From Felis catus (taxonomy: Eukaryota), in NCBI RefSeq assembly GCF_018350175.1, contig NC_058368.1:21392001-21456000 (forward strand): a stretch of DNA of 64,000 nt, written 5' to 3'. The notes beneath the pieces were generated by a model. That model saw only the letters and a list, made by a program, of their open reading frames with translations. It was not told the DNA's origin and did no database searches. The translations under genes and the position numbers were made by a program. How positions within the stretch are numbered: the first letter of the stretch is position 1; each line of letters opens with the position of its first letter. Shown here in pieces: positions 12,027 through 25,204 of this stretch.

Positions 12027-12229
12027 TAAAATAAGACAAAATGGAGAGTAAGTCCCCATCTCCAGAAAACGTGACTATATAAGAGTGACGCGGGATTCTA
12101 CGTTTTTAACAATCTGCTCAAGTGTCTCCTAGCTAAGAAACACTGTTTAGGAGGTAAAACTTCTAGTCTGGGCAAGGGAGGCTCAGAATGCTGTTGGATC
12201 TCAAGAGACCTTGGGCATCTGTTATAGCA

Positions 12230-14895
12230 CATTTTCATAATTCACCTGTTTATATGTCTCTTTCACCCACTAGACTTGAAGCTCCTTTTGGACAAGGAAC
12301 GTCCCCTAATCTCTGTATCTACCGTCTCAGTGCAAGTCTACTCTATCCAATAAGTGTGTGGCATTGAATTAATAAAACAAAGAACAACAATACTTCATCA
12401 AAATCTGATCCTACTAGACTAGCAGTTCTTTTCCACAATCAGTAGATTATTATAATAAACCTGTTATTCGAGTTCAGGTGCTTTTTACTCTGTAACATTA
12501 AATTAAGGTAAACAATTGCTTTTGGGGCTTAACAGTGTTCCATGAAGTAAACAGGATAAGAATAATTATCCAACTGTTTTAGTTGAGGAAACATGGCAAG
12601 GAAGGATAAAATGACTAGCAAGTACTCACAATTTTTAGTATTAGCAGTGCCTAATCAAGAATGCACTGCTGGGTAATGAAAAAGCATAATCTCTATTGCT
12701 GGGTTTGAATTGGAGCTCTGCCATTCACTAGCGTGATCTTGTACAAGTTATTTAAATATTCGGAGCCTTTTTTGTGTGTGTATGCACTGTATATACAGGG
12801 ACAGACAGCATCCTTGTCTGAAAGATTAAATGGGTCTAGGAGAGTGTTTGGCACATAGTAGAAGCTGAGCAAACATTGTTTTCCCTCCTTCCTGATACAC
12901 TGTCCACAGCGAGGATTCAGTTTGTCTTGAGGAATGTTATATCCTCAGTACAGAGTACAGTACATGGCAATTAGTGTGTGTTCAACAGATATTTATTGAA
13001 TTCACTAATGGACTAATAATATATTCCTAGGATTTAAAAAATACTTTTTACTATCAAATGTTATCAATCTATAAAATTATTATATTACCATAATCTTTCC
13101 CCCAATCACAAACCTCAGATGGTCTACATACTAATGACAAGCCACCTCAGTCAAAACCCAGGGAAAGTGACCTAGAGACTGCAGGTTAGAAAATCAAAAG
13201 GGGAATTTCCATTTAAATGTAAGACTATACACACATGTGTTCCTCTGTATCGTAAAATAAAACCAATACACAAGTATGCCTTTATTCTGAAAATTTTCTA
13301 GCAAGCAAAGGAAGGTAAAGAGAAATCAATCACGTGTGAATTCAACTTGTATAAAAACATTCCTGGTGTTCTACTAATTGTGATCTCCTTAATTTTAATA
13401 TTGGCAACTCTAAAATATAATTTATAGGGATACTATAAACTCACTCAACCCTATATTTTCCAGAAGGATTTAGAGTCTCAAATACGAACTTTCTTAATAT
13501 GATTTTCTTTTTTAGGGTCATCACCCTCTGGTTGGAACAAGCTTCGTGAGAAGAGTGAACACAGAGTAGGAGTCAGATAGCTCTGCCACTTACTTGCCAA
13601 GTGACCTTGCATAAACACACTGAACCTCACTTTCCTAAAATATAAAATGGAAATAAAAACACCTACTTCATGGAGCTGTTAACAGGGTTAGAAAAGGCAA
13701 TATAAAAGAAATACGTATGTCACACAGGAGGCGCTCAATGAATTGTTCCCTCCTGCCCCCACCAGCAATATAACAAAGAGATTCAGTAGCTCTAATTAAA
13801 GGTACCAGTCTAGGTATTTTCATACTTAATAACTGTGACATCAAACTAACACTTTTTTTTTTTTTTTTTTTTTTTGGTCTAGTTAGTTGTAAGACCTTTC
13901 TTTCTCTCTCTGGAACAGAGTTAAATTAGCTGATAGCATGCCTAAGACTCACAAATGTTGTGGACTCCAACATTTCCAGAGAGGCTACGGGCTATGTCAA
14001 CCCACAAAGGCTTAATCTTTCCTAGGAACAGTCTCTGGGATTTCCCCGTGGGACTTCCCTGAGTTACCTTGACCTAAATGCCCCACCCCCATGACCTGGC
14101 TTTCTGAGACTTTAAAGCCTGCCTTGTCTGATGCACTTTATATTTGAGGGTGTTTAACATCTTATATTTATTTCTCCATATCTTCCATTGGATTTTAAAC
14201 TTCACGAGGACAGGATAGGGTCTTCCTCATTGTCTAAAGTCTAATCTCAAATACAACTCTCTAATTGCAACATTTTCACAAAATTTTCTGCCAGATGGGT
14301 CTCTTCAAATTAGTTTTTAATTTTCTTCTTTTGAAAGTCTAAGGTGTCGGCCATATAGGTATATAGGTATACCTATAGGCCATATAGGTATATTGATGTG
14401 TTTTATTTATTTATAAATAAATAAATGTGGGTCCTGGAATGGAAATACCAACTCCCTCAATAAAATGAAAGTGAATCCTTAGCACCAGATGAAAAACCTA
14501 GGGGGCATCTGATCTAGTGTAGCACCAGACCCTCCTCAGGTTTATTTCCTAGGCCACTGCCCTGAAGGCCCCATAATGTACTGCTCACATTTTAAACTCC
14601 TCTCTTTGGTCCAGGCTAATCACTGAGGCTGTGTCTCTACTCCCCCAACCTAGTCCTTTGCCCTCTATGTTCCAGGGATGTTGTCCTTGTACATGGTCCC
14701 CTATAACCAGGCTCACTTTATCATGGATGTACCTACACATCCCTTTTCACAGCATATTTTAATTTGCTTGTGTCTTTTTCTCTATAAAGAAAATTAGATT
14801 GTAAACTCCATAAGGACAGGAACTGTCTTGTTCGCTCTCCCATTCCTGTGCCTGACACACAGTAGGATCTCAACTAAGATCTGTTAACTGAATGA
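12230..14895. mobile_element. Cluster of degenerate L2 3' ends and MIR relics
   Basis: L2-end motifs (tagacttgaagctcc, tagattgtaaactccataaggacagg...cctgacacacagtagg...tgaatga) and MIR cores (ctctgccattcactagc, ctctgccacttacttgccaagtgaccttg...tataaaatgg). Confidence 0.65.
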
Positions 14896-15599
14896 TTTCC
14901 TTTTGTGAGATTTTCAAAAACATTTGACTCAAGAGTAAATGGAAAACAAATGGAAAGAATCTTAAAGCACAGCACAAGAAACCCAGCCAGGAACAGACAG
15001 ATTTCTGACACTAGCTTGGTCTCTGGGAGCTTGGGCCTTGTCCTATCTATCCTCCTTTAGACTGGGCATACCCACCTTGTCTTTTTAGGCAAGGCAACTA
15101 CACTCCCCAGGCCTCTTTTTCATAGCGAGAGAGCTATCCTAACCACCCCTAGTCCTCCACACACACTCGGGCCGGGTCTCCTGGTGGCCTTCATGCTCTT
15201 CTGCAGTGGCTCCCAGGTATGCCAGATAGACCTCTCACTCCCATGTCAGGCTAGTCCTGCAAGGAGGCCCGCTCTCTCAGCTCAGTGCAGGACCCCCTGG
15301 CAAGCCCAGGAGTGGGGAACACACAACGTCCCAAGAAGGAGGCACATACATAAACAGGGGATGAATGCTTCCCAGGCCTGTCAGCCACCTTTTGTCTGCG
15401 TGACCAGCTCACTAGAGGGAAAGAAGACAGCCCCAAATTCACTTCCACAGGCAAAAATACAGAAAGGAGCCTAAGAAAACAGACAGCCCTAAGTTCATTG
15501 ATTGCAGATTTGGGAAACTTGTGTAGTTCTTTTTTGGTGAAAGAAGAAACCTGACTCTGAGCGAGCTCCTGCCCAGAGGCCACTGGGGCCTGGAAATAC

Positions 15600-17400
15600 C
15601 CTTGTGAATTCTCGGCGTCTAGGCCAACGCCTGGGAGTTCCCTGCCATCCGGCCATCTGCAGAGGCCCTCTCTGGAGGCTTGGCCGGGCCCAACGGTGCG
15701 ACCTGTGGCCAGACTGTGTGCAGTACCCAGAAAGCGAAGGCCGCTGCCCACCTTGACGGGGAGAGAAACCTGTCGCTGAGGCTAGGCCCATCTTCGCTGC
15801 CATGGGCTACCGGGCTCCTCCGACCCGCACCCCGACTGCGTCTGCCCACGGCTGAGACCGCAAGATCCGTGCCAAGAACAGAGTTCATTCCCGCCCCTTA
15901 CCCCTTCCCTGACACACTTGCCTGCGCCACGAAGCTCGCGAGGTGGCTCCCCCTGCGCGCCTCTCGCTCCAGGCCGAGCCTGGAAGCGCCCGCGCCTTCG
16001 CCGCTGCGCCAGCCCCGCGTGGGCCTCCCGCGGCCTCCGCTCGGCAGGGCCCCGGGCTCCGTGCGCGACGCGGTCGCCGCTGCCCCGCTGCAGACAGCGC
16101 AGGTCGGTGCTAGGCCCGCCCAGACCCCTGGACCTCCAGATGGGAAAGCCCTGGGGTTACTCCCAGGCCGCGGGGGTAGGGTGGAGGATGGGGACTCACT
16201 TCAAGTCTCCGTTTGCAAAAATAATAAGCCCCGGTCGCACTGATGCCAGGACTCCCACGGAAGGCAAGCAAGTGATTCTGCGGGCCCTTCAGGCGTGGCG
16301 TCCAGGGCTCAAAGTTTAGTAATCCACTACATCTGCGCTGTGAGAAGGATTTTGAAGGGGTTGGGGCTGAGCCCTAGACAGCAGGTCCCGGCTGGACTTG
16401 GGTGTTTTTGTTTTTGTTTTTTTCCCCACTTCTGACCTGGATCCGAGGCTCTGACCTGCCTGTGACCTCCGCGCCCCGCCTTGCTCTCTGAACCAGGGGG
16501 AACCCGGTGCGGGACTCCGGCTACGTCGCACTCGCACCCGGGGCTTGGGGACCACTGGAGTGGAGGGCGGGGAGTATTTATATGTATGTTCTTGTACGGT
16601 GTAGCTTTCCAGAGCGAGCTAAATAGACCTCAAAAGTAAAGTCCTGGTCCCAAAGCCACGACTGCGCCCCCCTCGTTCTGCCCACAGATTCCCCAACGAT
16701 GCCGGTGTAAAGGGAAGACATTAGCGCCCCAAGTCTTCCTCACGCTCTGAACCTGGGGATAGCGTTCAAGATGCGCGCACGGTGCTCACGCACTCACGTC
16801 TGTGGGAGACACGCACTAATTAGGTGACACTGTCACCTCGCAGGGCAGGGCAGCCCCGCTCCAGGAGGCTGAGACCCGCAGCAGATGCCAAGGTCACCCC
16901 GCGACATTTAGAAGGAGAAAGGCTGTGTGGAACACCTTTTAAATACTTAATAATTTGAGGCAGGAAAGCCTGCAAGCGGACACGAACACGCGGGAGTCCT
17001 CTTAAAGAGGAGCGCAAAGTTGCCAGGAAACCCACTAAAATCTGTTTACTCCCGGCGCGTGGGCCCCAAAGAAAATACGTCCCGACCAGGTATCGGCGCA
17101 GGATCCGCAAAAGCAGCTCCCCCGCGACTCTCCTCTCCAGCGACTGCGCAACCAAGGGAGCAGGAGCGGACAGGTGGGTTTTCTCCACCCGTGAGTGCTA
17201 CAAGCTCCTTCTCTATTTTTTCATTTTATTTTTTAAAAGAAAAAAATGAGCACAAGTCTCAAATGTGGATAGCTGAACAAGATCAAGATAAAATTTGCAC
17301 TGTGAAAAATATCAAGTCTAGATAGATCAGTTTGTGGGTGAAGGCTGCTCTAGCAGAAACGCGAGACGCGAGCAGGAGCCCACAGTTTTCGTTTTTACTG
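15600..17400. promoter_or_regulatory. CpG island cluster 1
   Basis: Dense CpG and high GC (for example 15920-16120), contrasting with the CpG-poor flanks. Confidence 0.85.
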
Positions 17401-18177
17401 TAGAAACCAGTAAACGAAATCAAATGGTAATGGTTACCTATTACAGCCACTGAAAAGTTTGAAATAATTTAGTGTGTTTCGGATTTATATGTATGTAATC
17501 ACCATACTTTTTATTTTGTCTAGCTATTTCCATTAAGTTTTAATAAGCTATTAAAGCTCCCTGGATAAATTTTGTGAGTTTTTTTTTAAGTGAGTGGAGA
17601 TTACATGAACCAGAAGCGGAGTTTGAGCATAATTTCCTTAGCCACTGGGAAGTCTGTACCTCCTGCCAAAATTTCCAACGATGAGGAGAAGAAAAGGAGA
17701 GAGGGAGATTAAATATTCATTGAGTACCCACTATGCGCATGCACCCTGTTGGGGCTAGCTTTACCCATTTTATTTCATATTAATCATTGTTTATAAATAA
17801 GAGCTCTTTTGAAAAAGACGGAATCCTCATTCTGCATCCGGACCTCAGATGGATAACTTCCATGATTTTATTTTATTCGCAAGAATTTCGTTTTTATTAC
17901 TTCCTTCTTCGAAGTGACATAATTGCCAAGGTTAATGGAGAGATCCATGTTTAATGATATTAAAGTCTGTTTGGTTTAACCGATTACATCGTTTAGTGTT
18001 AATCCTGACTGTAAAAAAGAAAGAAGAAAAAGAGAGTGAAGGTGAGTCAGTAAACGCTGAATTTCTCCTAACTCTTTAAGTCCCTGTAAAAATTAAGAAA
18101 AAGCAATCCCGAACTGTTTGGGAGGAGAGGGAATTTGTAACTGGGACGAGAGCACCATCCCTGAATGCGATGTGCCA

Positions 18178-18207
18178 AAGAAAGAAAGAGAGAAAGAAAG
18201 AGAGAAA

Positions 18208-18253
<46 letters not shown>

Positions 18254-18275
18254 GAGAAAGAAAGAAAAGGAAAGG
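18178..18275 (+). repeat. (GAAA)n microsatellite
   Basis: Direct reading. Confidence 0.97.
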
Positions 18276-18769
18276 AGACGAGACATAAAAGAACAGGCAA
18301 AACAAAACTTTTCCGTCACTGTGGATCAAAGGAACCGAAAACATGACCCATTTTGTGGGGGTTATGCAAACACTGTGGCTTATATTGACCATTGATAAAG
18401 GTTGAGTTAGACTAGCGGCTACGTAAGTTACAATGGATACGGTGTAATTGAGTACCCGGAGCTTTAGAAAAAAAGAGAGAGACAGGGAGAGAGACAGAGA
18501 CAGAGAAAGGAGTTGACAACCAGATGAAGTGGGAAAGGAGAGGAGGAGAATAAACCCAGGAGCTCCAGCAGGCAGGTAAATCATCAAAAATTCAGTTCCT
18601 GCAACTAATGAAAAAACCAATCTCGCTATATAGTCCAGGGGAAATGGTTCTCTGACGCAAGCCTGATGGTGAGTCTATTTGTCGTGTTTCTTTTCCGGAC
18701 TATCAAAAAAGTTATTTCGAGATTCAGCCAAATGTTTTGACTGGGAGACAGAAAACGGGACGAAGTGTT

Positions 18770-20330
18770 TCCTGCTGTAACGCCCGGGTCGCAAAGCGGC
18801 CCAGCGCGGAGCGCGCCGGGAGTCGCGCGCTTCCCGCCCGGGGCTGCTCAGAATGGACGCTCCCCCGGCGCGCTGGGAGACGCGAGCCCTAGGTCAGCTG
18901 GCGGGGCTGCTCGGGTCCCACGTGGGGCCTGAACTTCTGCCTTCCTTGGGAGCAAACGCCTTTAGTTTTCTCCTGGAAGGGGAAATGGGCGCAGCTCTTC
19001 CAGAGCTATCAAGATTCCCAGCCCCTCACAAACTTGGAAACTGTGCGGAGTTCTGTACTGAACTTCCCTCGTTCCCGGAGTCCCTTTCTATCTACTTTAC
19101 CAGGGCTAAAGGGCTGCTGGCCGAGGGGTTGCTCTTTCAAATGAGTTTTTCCACGTAGACTGGAGAAAGGCCGCCGCCCGCTCCGAAGGCTACTTGTCGA
19201 CCTCAGCGCCCTGGGCTCGGCGCGGCGCACCGCCAGCCTCCCTGCGCCCGCCCAGCCCCGCTCGCGGAGAGAGCCCGAGGGGGAGTATCTTCTCCACGGG
19301 TCAGAGCTCGGTGCCAAGGAGGTCTCCAGACATAACCCTGTCCAGGGGGGGCCAAGACGTGTACTAACCAGTGCCTGGCTTCTCGGCTACCGGGCCCATC
19401 CCCATTACCGCCCGCATCTTCCTAGAAGCCAACCCCCAATTGCAGAAACCCTCGCTTCACAACCTCCCCCCCCTTGGTCCCCGCTTTCCCGGCCCTTTCC
19501 GGGATCCCACACCCCCACCCCGCTTCTCCCGCCCGTCGGGGCCGAACACAGGCACCACTCCCCACGCCCACCCCGCCGCGCCATTTAACCCATTACAGGT
19601 TTCCGCTGCCGGGGGGAACGCTGAACGGGAAGGCTCAACCTCCTCACCTCACCCCAACCCCACCTCCCACCCTACCCCCACTCCGCCTGGGTCCCCGCCT
19701 AACGCAACCTGAAGGGAGGGGATTATGAAATAAACCGGTTGTGGGCGGGGGTAGGGGACACGTTACTTATGGATTCTAGAAATTTTGGCAAAGTCTGGGG
19801 AACACTTGTGCTCCCCCAGGACAGTTTTCTTCGCCTCACGTGGAGCGCGGGGTGTCCGAGTTTCTTGGCACTAACTGCGAAGAGCCTCTCCCTTTTCTGA
19901 GCCCCTTTAAGGACATCTGATCTCAGCCTCAAGTTTTCTCCTCTGGTCTAAAAGCTTCGTCTGCCGCCGAGAGCGACCCCAGGCGAAGCCGGGAAGGGAG
20001 AACGCTGGTGTGGGGCTAACCCAAACCAGGGCGCCCAGAGGTTGGCTGAGGCCCTGCGGGTCGAGGCCCCGCGCACTGTTTGCAGGAGGGAGCCCCCAGA
20101 GATCCGCACGGGGCATGTTGCCACGCCTGAAACAGGCGTTGCCTTTTCGAGATCATATTCCCCATAAAATCTAAAGCCAGATGCATCGCTTGGGCAAGTT
20201 CCCATTTCACCGCGAAAAGCACAGATTTATTTCCAAACTGGACTCCAAATCGAGGTTTCTGGTGCGGGTTCCAGTGGAGTACGCAAGGTTGGGCTTTCGA
20301 TGGCTCCAGGGACTACCCGGGCTGGTAACG
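18770..20330. promoter_or_regulatory. CpG island cluster 2
   Basis: CpG-rich sequence with CACGTG E-boxes at 18919 and 19837. Confidence 0.8.
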
Positions 20331-22696
20331 TTTTAGGCACTTTAGTTTCAACCTAGCCGTAGCAAAGTATCATTTGTGTATGAGGAGATAAAAAAAAAAA
20401 AAAAAAAAAAGGAGGGTGCGCAATAAAGACAACTAATTCTTTCAAAGCCGTGCATGTACTTTTTATTTAAGTGGGGTGGAGAAAAGACCAACTTCATAAT
20501 TACAGACGCCCAGGAAAGCAAGATAACCTGATGGAACCTCTGTTTCACAACAATGTTACAAGGGGAAACACTTGCAAGAAAGTGAGAACAGTGGCCAGGT
20601 ATGAAGCCAAAGGGCGAGCGTGGTAAAAGGAGGCATTTTTATCAGTCTGGTGCTTCAGAAACAGCTTCTGCTGAATATTTTTGTAAAGAAATAGATGGTT
20701 CTTTACAAAAGGGTAGCTTAAGTGTCCACAAGCCTAAGGGTCTATTTATTTCACCTGTAGTTCTCTTCTCATCATTGTGTAAAGAAATTTGGGTGGAGTG
20801 GGCCGTCTTCTTACACTTAGAACTTTCTGGTATTTGCTGTTAGGGGAAAGAGGCAAGGAATAAAACGAACAATGCTAGTCTGGGATTGACCGCTGCCTGT
20901 TACCAGCAAAACATTAGCAGGAAACCAAGACTGCCTTACTGAGGCTCGCCTAAGCGAACTAACTTTTGCATCTTTTAAAATTACAGCTGTTTTAAAGTCA
21001 CGTTGGTGAGCTGCATAAGCAGCAATGCGGGATCTAAACAACGCAAACAAGTACACAATTCCAAGTCTCTCTACTTAAAGAGCGAAAGAGCGCGATGCGA
21101 AACCGCCTCTGAACAGCTCGAGATGGAAGAGCTGTGGTCTGCACCGTGCATGAGGTGCCAGTGAGAGAAAGCACAGACCCCCAGCTACTCGCACAGAAAA
21201 CTACGTTTCCACATTCGACTCACTTAAGATGAAATGATTTTTTAACACTTGCCAAAACTCACAGATACCGCTACGACAAATGTACCATTAAATAGAATAA
21301 AATTAGCTGTTTATTAGGGTGAGGTGGTGATTTTCCGGTGTTTGGCTACATACTTGTACTGGAGTGAAAGAGCGAGCCTCTAGGAGGCCAGTTCTCCAGG
21401 GTTGGTTCACTGCGGGGGTGGGGGTGGGGGAGCCGAGGGCGCAATCTGGGACCGGCAGCCATCCCCGAGGCATGGTTGTGAAGGGTTTCCTTCACCTCGT
21501 GTAGATACTCTCAAGCCTTCCCTTAACTGAGAAAGTCTGCGGCCGGTAAGGCCGCCCACAAGGGCCGTGCCTCGTCCAAATCTGCGCAGGCCGCCTTTGT
21601 CCCCGCGGTGACTACCGCGAGGGAGGAGGGCGGGAGCAGAGGATGTCACCGAAGTTTCCTGAAATCCTTATACCACGTAGAACTTTGGTTTTTCGGAGAG
21701 TCTGGGTGCTTATCTAACCTGAGCGGAGCAACAATTCCGTGGGCCTCTGCGGCCTCTGTGCGCACTCGCTAGCCCGGGCCTCGCCCCGGGATCCGCCTCC
21801 AGGGGCCAACGTTCGCCTCCGCGCCACACTTCTTTGCTTCTGCGTCCCCCCCGCACAGACCTAATCAGTCTCGAATTTCAACTCCCGACCCAGGCCAAAC
21901 TTTCCTTCTGGACTGGCATTCGCTTCTCCCAGGGGGGAGGAGAAGCGCTGGGGCTCTTGGCAGCCCCCGGACGCTCTCCGGGGACCACCCTCCAACCCAA
22001 TTTCAGCGCACCTCCGGCGCCCACCCTTGCCTCCCCACCCCAAAACTTGACCTCCCACAGCCGCGCTCAGGGAAGTCCTGGGAAGCCGCTGCAACTGATG
22101 CACCCGGGTGCTTTCGTTTTACTTTCGCTCCCTCCCCTCCGCAGCTGGAAAGACTGCGGAAGAACAAAGTGGGGGTGAAAGGCACGTGTCCCGGCAAAGT
22201 GGCGGGGACGCCGCGGTTTGGCCCGAAACGGGAAGGGGGAAGGAAGGCTAAGGCCTGGACAGCCCTGTCATTTGCAGGGGCGGGAAGGACCAGGAGGCCC
22301 TGGCTTGTTTTCTTTATGCAAAGAAACGTGGTTTATAAGAATGGGTGCAACAAAATTGGCGTAGAAACGAATTCGCTTTCTTAGGCAGGCTGCGTCTTTC
22401 AAATACAGAAGACAAGGCAGGGTAGAAAGGCGGGAAGAGAGGCGGCCTTTCACTAACTTGAAGGAGAGCCGAGGCACGAAAGCCAGAAGATTAAGAGCGA
22501 GTTCCCCCACCAGACTCTAAGCCCTGGCAGGAGTCAGGGGACCAACGCGTCGTCCAATTTGCTGCGAGTCCGCTTAGCTCCGCGCTTTGCAAACCCAGGA
22601 ACCACTGCACAGGTTTGCTTTACTTCTCACCTCTTTATGGCGAGCGAAGCACATGTTGCTAAATTGATGAATTCATGGCCTAAGTTCGCCTTCTTA

Positions 22697-22730
22697 AAAC
22701 AAACAAACAAACAAACAAACAAACAAACAA
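22697..22730 (+). repeat. (AAAC)n microsatellite
   Basis: Direct reading. Confidence 0.95.
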
Positions 22731-24130
22731 GGCCTAAACCTGGAAAGTTTTCTCAAATAGGGGCAAACTTACTGCTGTCAGTGTGGCCCCTGCGAAAGCG
22801 CTCCTGGTTGGACAAGCCCCTTGCGGGGCCAGGAAGCGCGGCTCTCGGGCGCTGGCCGGTACAGAGGTCCCGCCCCCACTCCCCCAGCCTGCTCTCGAGC
22901 CTGAACGAGGCTGAATGCACGAGTACAGTCTCTCCAAACTTCGTAGAAAACAACGTAACCCTTCCAGACTGTTTACCACACTGTCCAGCTGCCCGGAAAG
23001 GTCCAACGCATTTCCTGCACTCGTCCCAGCTCAGCCTGGGCTTTTCTCCATCCGTGATACGATAGGCTAAAATATTTTACTCCGACTCAGGCAAGTTAAA
23101 CTGTGATCTAAATAAGTTAGTTAGGGAAAAGACCATAAATTTAGAAGGCAAATTACACTCAAACTAGCTATTTGCACTTGGTATTGTTATAAGGCCTTCC
23201 TCTCGTATTTACCTCCCTCCTTGTTTACATCGAGCTCAGAAACAGGCTTCAGGCCAGCAGGGAGCTCAGTTTCATTTCGGGGGTATGGCGGGGCCTATCA
23301 TCTCATCAGGTTTTGAAGGAAAGTTCTAATGTTTTTGTCACAGATCTAACTTACAGTAACTCCTCAAAAGCCATAGTCCCCCCCACTGCGGCTTAGGTCT
23401 GCACACTCCTCGGTCCCCAGTAGTCCCGGGAGCTGTAAGTGAACTCGCGCAACGCCTCGTTGCACCTGCGGAGTAGGGAAAGCTTCTCCGCGCGTCTTGA
23501 AACGGCCACACCGCGCTTCCCGCGCTCCGCGGGCCAGCCTGGGAGCTGCTGGGAGCCACCTCCGCAAGCCTGAGTCCCCCGCCGTCATCCAATCGTGCGG
23601 GGCCAGGAGGCATCCCAATGCCTGGGGAAGCCACCGCGCGGGGGACAAGTCAGGCTCCTGGCCCCGAGGCGAGGCCCGAACGCGCGCACACTTCGCGGCC
23701 AGGGCGGTGGCGCTCCCGAAGCGGAGGGGTGGGGGAGGTGGAGGGCGGAAGCGCCGAACGTTTGTGAGCACACCCTCGACCCGCGGACCAGGGGTCTCCA
23801 CCGGGTGGCTAAGATGTGGGTGCCCACGCTGTGCGCGACGCTCGGGCTACAGCCGGAACCCACGAGCTGGGCGCACAGCTGAGCGAGGCGGCCGCAGCCG
23901 CCACGGAGCCTGGCGGGCGGCGCGGAGCCCCGGGGAGCTGGTTTTCCCGAGCGGGCACGTGACGGGGTTGGCAGCGCGCTGGCCCGGGCTAGGAGGAGGG
24001 GGAAGCGGCAAGCAGGAGGCCGGGGGCGGGCGGGCGGCTGGCTCGCTGTGTACTTAGGTCGTGTGCTGGGGCTTTTCTCTCCCAGGAGCCGGCGGAGGGA
24101 GGGGGAGGGGCCACCGCTCCGCCTTCTCCT

Positions 24131-24160
24131 TTTCGCAATGTTGACGCAATCTATAAATAG
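24131..24160 (+). promoter_or_regulatory. Core promoter module: C/EBP-like TTTCGCAA, C/EBP-ATF hybrid TTGACGCAAT, and overlapping MEF2/TATA CTATAAATAG
   Basis: Motifs read directly. This is an AT-rich patch inside a GC-rich island, about 30 bp upstream of the inferred TSS. Confidence 0.7.
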
Positions 24161-24184
24161 TGGAACAAAAGGACCAACTTCCTC

Positions 24185-24425
24185 GGAGCTTTGCTGAAAC
24201 TGCACAAAAAATCGAGCTGGGGGGTTCCCTGGTCCCTGGCGACGGGGCGGGGAGCGCCGCGCCAGGGGAGGGGGCGGGCGCGGTAGCGCGGGCCCCGCCG
24301 AGGGGGGAACACCTGGCTGAGGCACGGCTGCCGCCGCACCGCTCCGCGCGAACCCAGGGCTCCGGTCCCCGCGCGGGCTCGAGAGTTCGCCCCGACCGGG
24401 GGTCTTCCTCCTCCGCCGTTGACAG
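24185..24425 (+). ncRNA. DLEU2: Putative first exon of lncRNA DLEU2 (distal promoter isoform; miR-15a/16-1 host gene)
   Basis: TATA at 24152. AGCTTTGCTGAAACTGCACAAAAAATCGAGC resembles the DLEU2 5' end as I recall it, and a CAG|GTCAGT donor lies at 24425/24426. Position and strand relative to DLEU1 exon 2 fit the human locus layout. The TSS is approximate. Confidence 0.72.
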
Positions 24426-25204
24426 GTCAGTTCGTACCGCCCCTTTCTACACTGGTTTTTTTCCCTCCCCCAAGCCTCTACTTTTAGAAGGGAATTGAGG
24501 GGAAAAATAGAACGAGGCGAAGCAGTGACAGCCACCAAATCTGCAACCCCAGCAGTCCACGGCGGGGTGACCGAGGGGGCTCTAGGAAGCGGTCAGCGCC
24601 TGGCCCCTCGTCCTACGGCCGCTGCCCGCGCCGCGGCCAGAGACGAAGCCAGGCAGGACTAGCGTGCGCCGCCCAGGCGGCAAGGAGAGCGGAGGCGGGA
24701 GCGTTGCGGAGGCGCTGGGCGCCGGCCGCCCGGCGCGGGTCGAAGGCGGGCTCCCGGCTGCCGCTCCCGTTCGGGGACCGACCCCCGGCGGAGAGGTGCC
24801 AGGGCCAGGAGGCCGCTGAGCGCGCCTCGCCCCCTCCGAGCTCGGACCTGGCGTCTCCGCCTCGTCCTGCGGCTGCTGTGGGAGGGCTGAGCAGAGGAGA
24901 GCTGTTGCCACACGCCGCCGCTCACCCTGGCTCCGGTGCCCACGCACCCAGCGCGCCAGGAACTGGGGGGCAAGGTGGGGTCAGGGGGCACGCTCTCCTT
25001 CCGAGGAGCCCAGGACCTGTGCGCGAGCGCCCGCCGCGCCGCCGTGGCGGTTACTCTGGGCGCGGGGGAGGGGGCGGAGCTGGCGCTGTTGACAGCAGTG
25101 CTGGAGCTGGGAGGGTGAAAGTTGGGGAGAAGGGGCGGGGGAGAGGTGGGAGTCGGAGCTGGGGGAGGGAAGCGCGCGCGGGATTCGGCGGGGAGGGGGG
25201 GCTG

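Noticed and set aside
18068..18620. ORFs with FLSF or KERK repeats
   Set aside because: Translations of the (GAAA)n microsatellite
20111..20143. p53-like motif GGGCATGTTG
   Set aside because: Only one imperfect half-site, with no properly spaced partner
15184..20222. ORFs of about 100-187 aa in the upstream CpG islands
   Set aside because: Same GC artefact, mostly non-ATG starts, no exon structure or homology recognised
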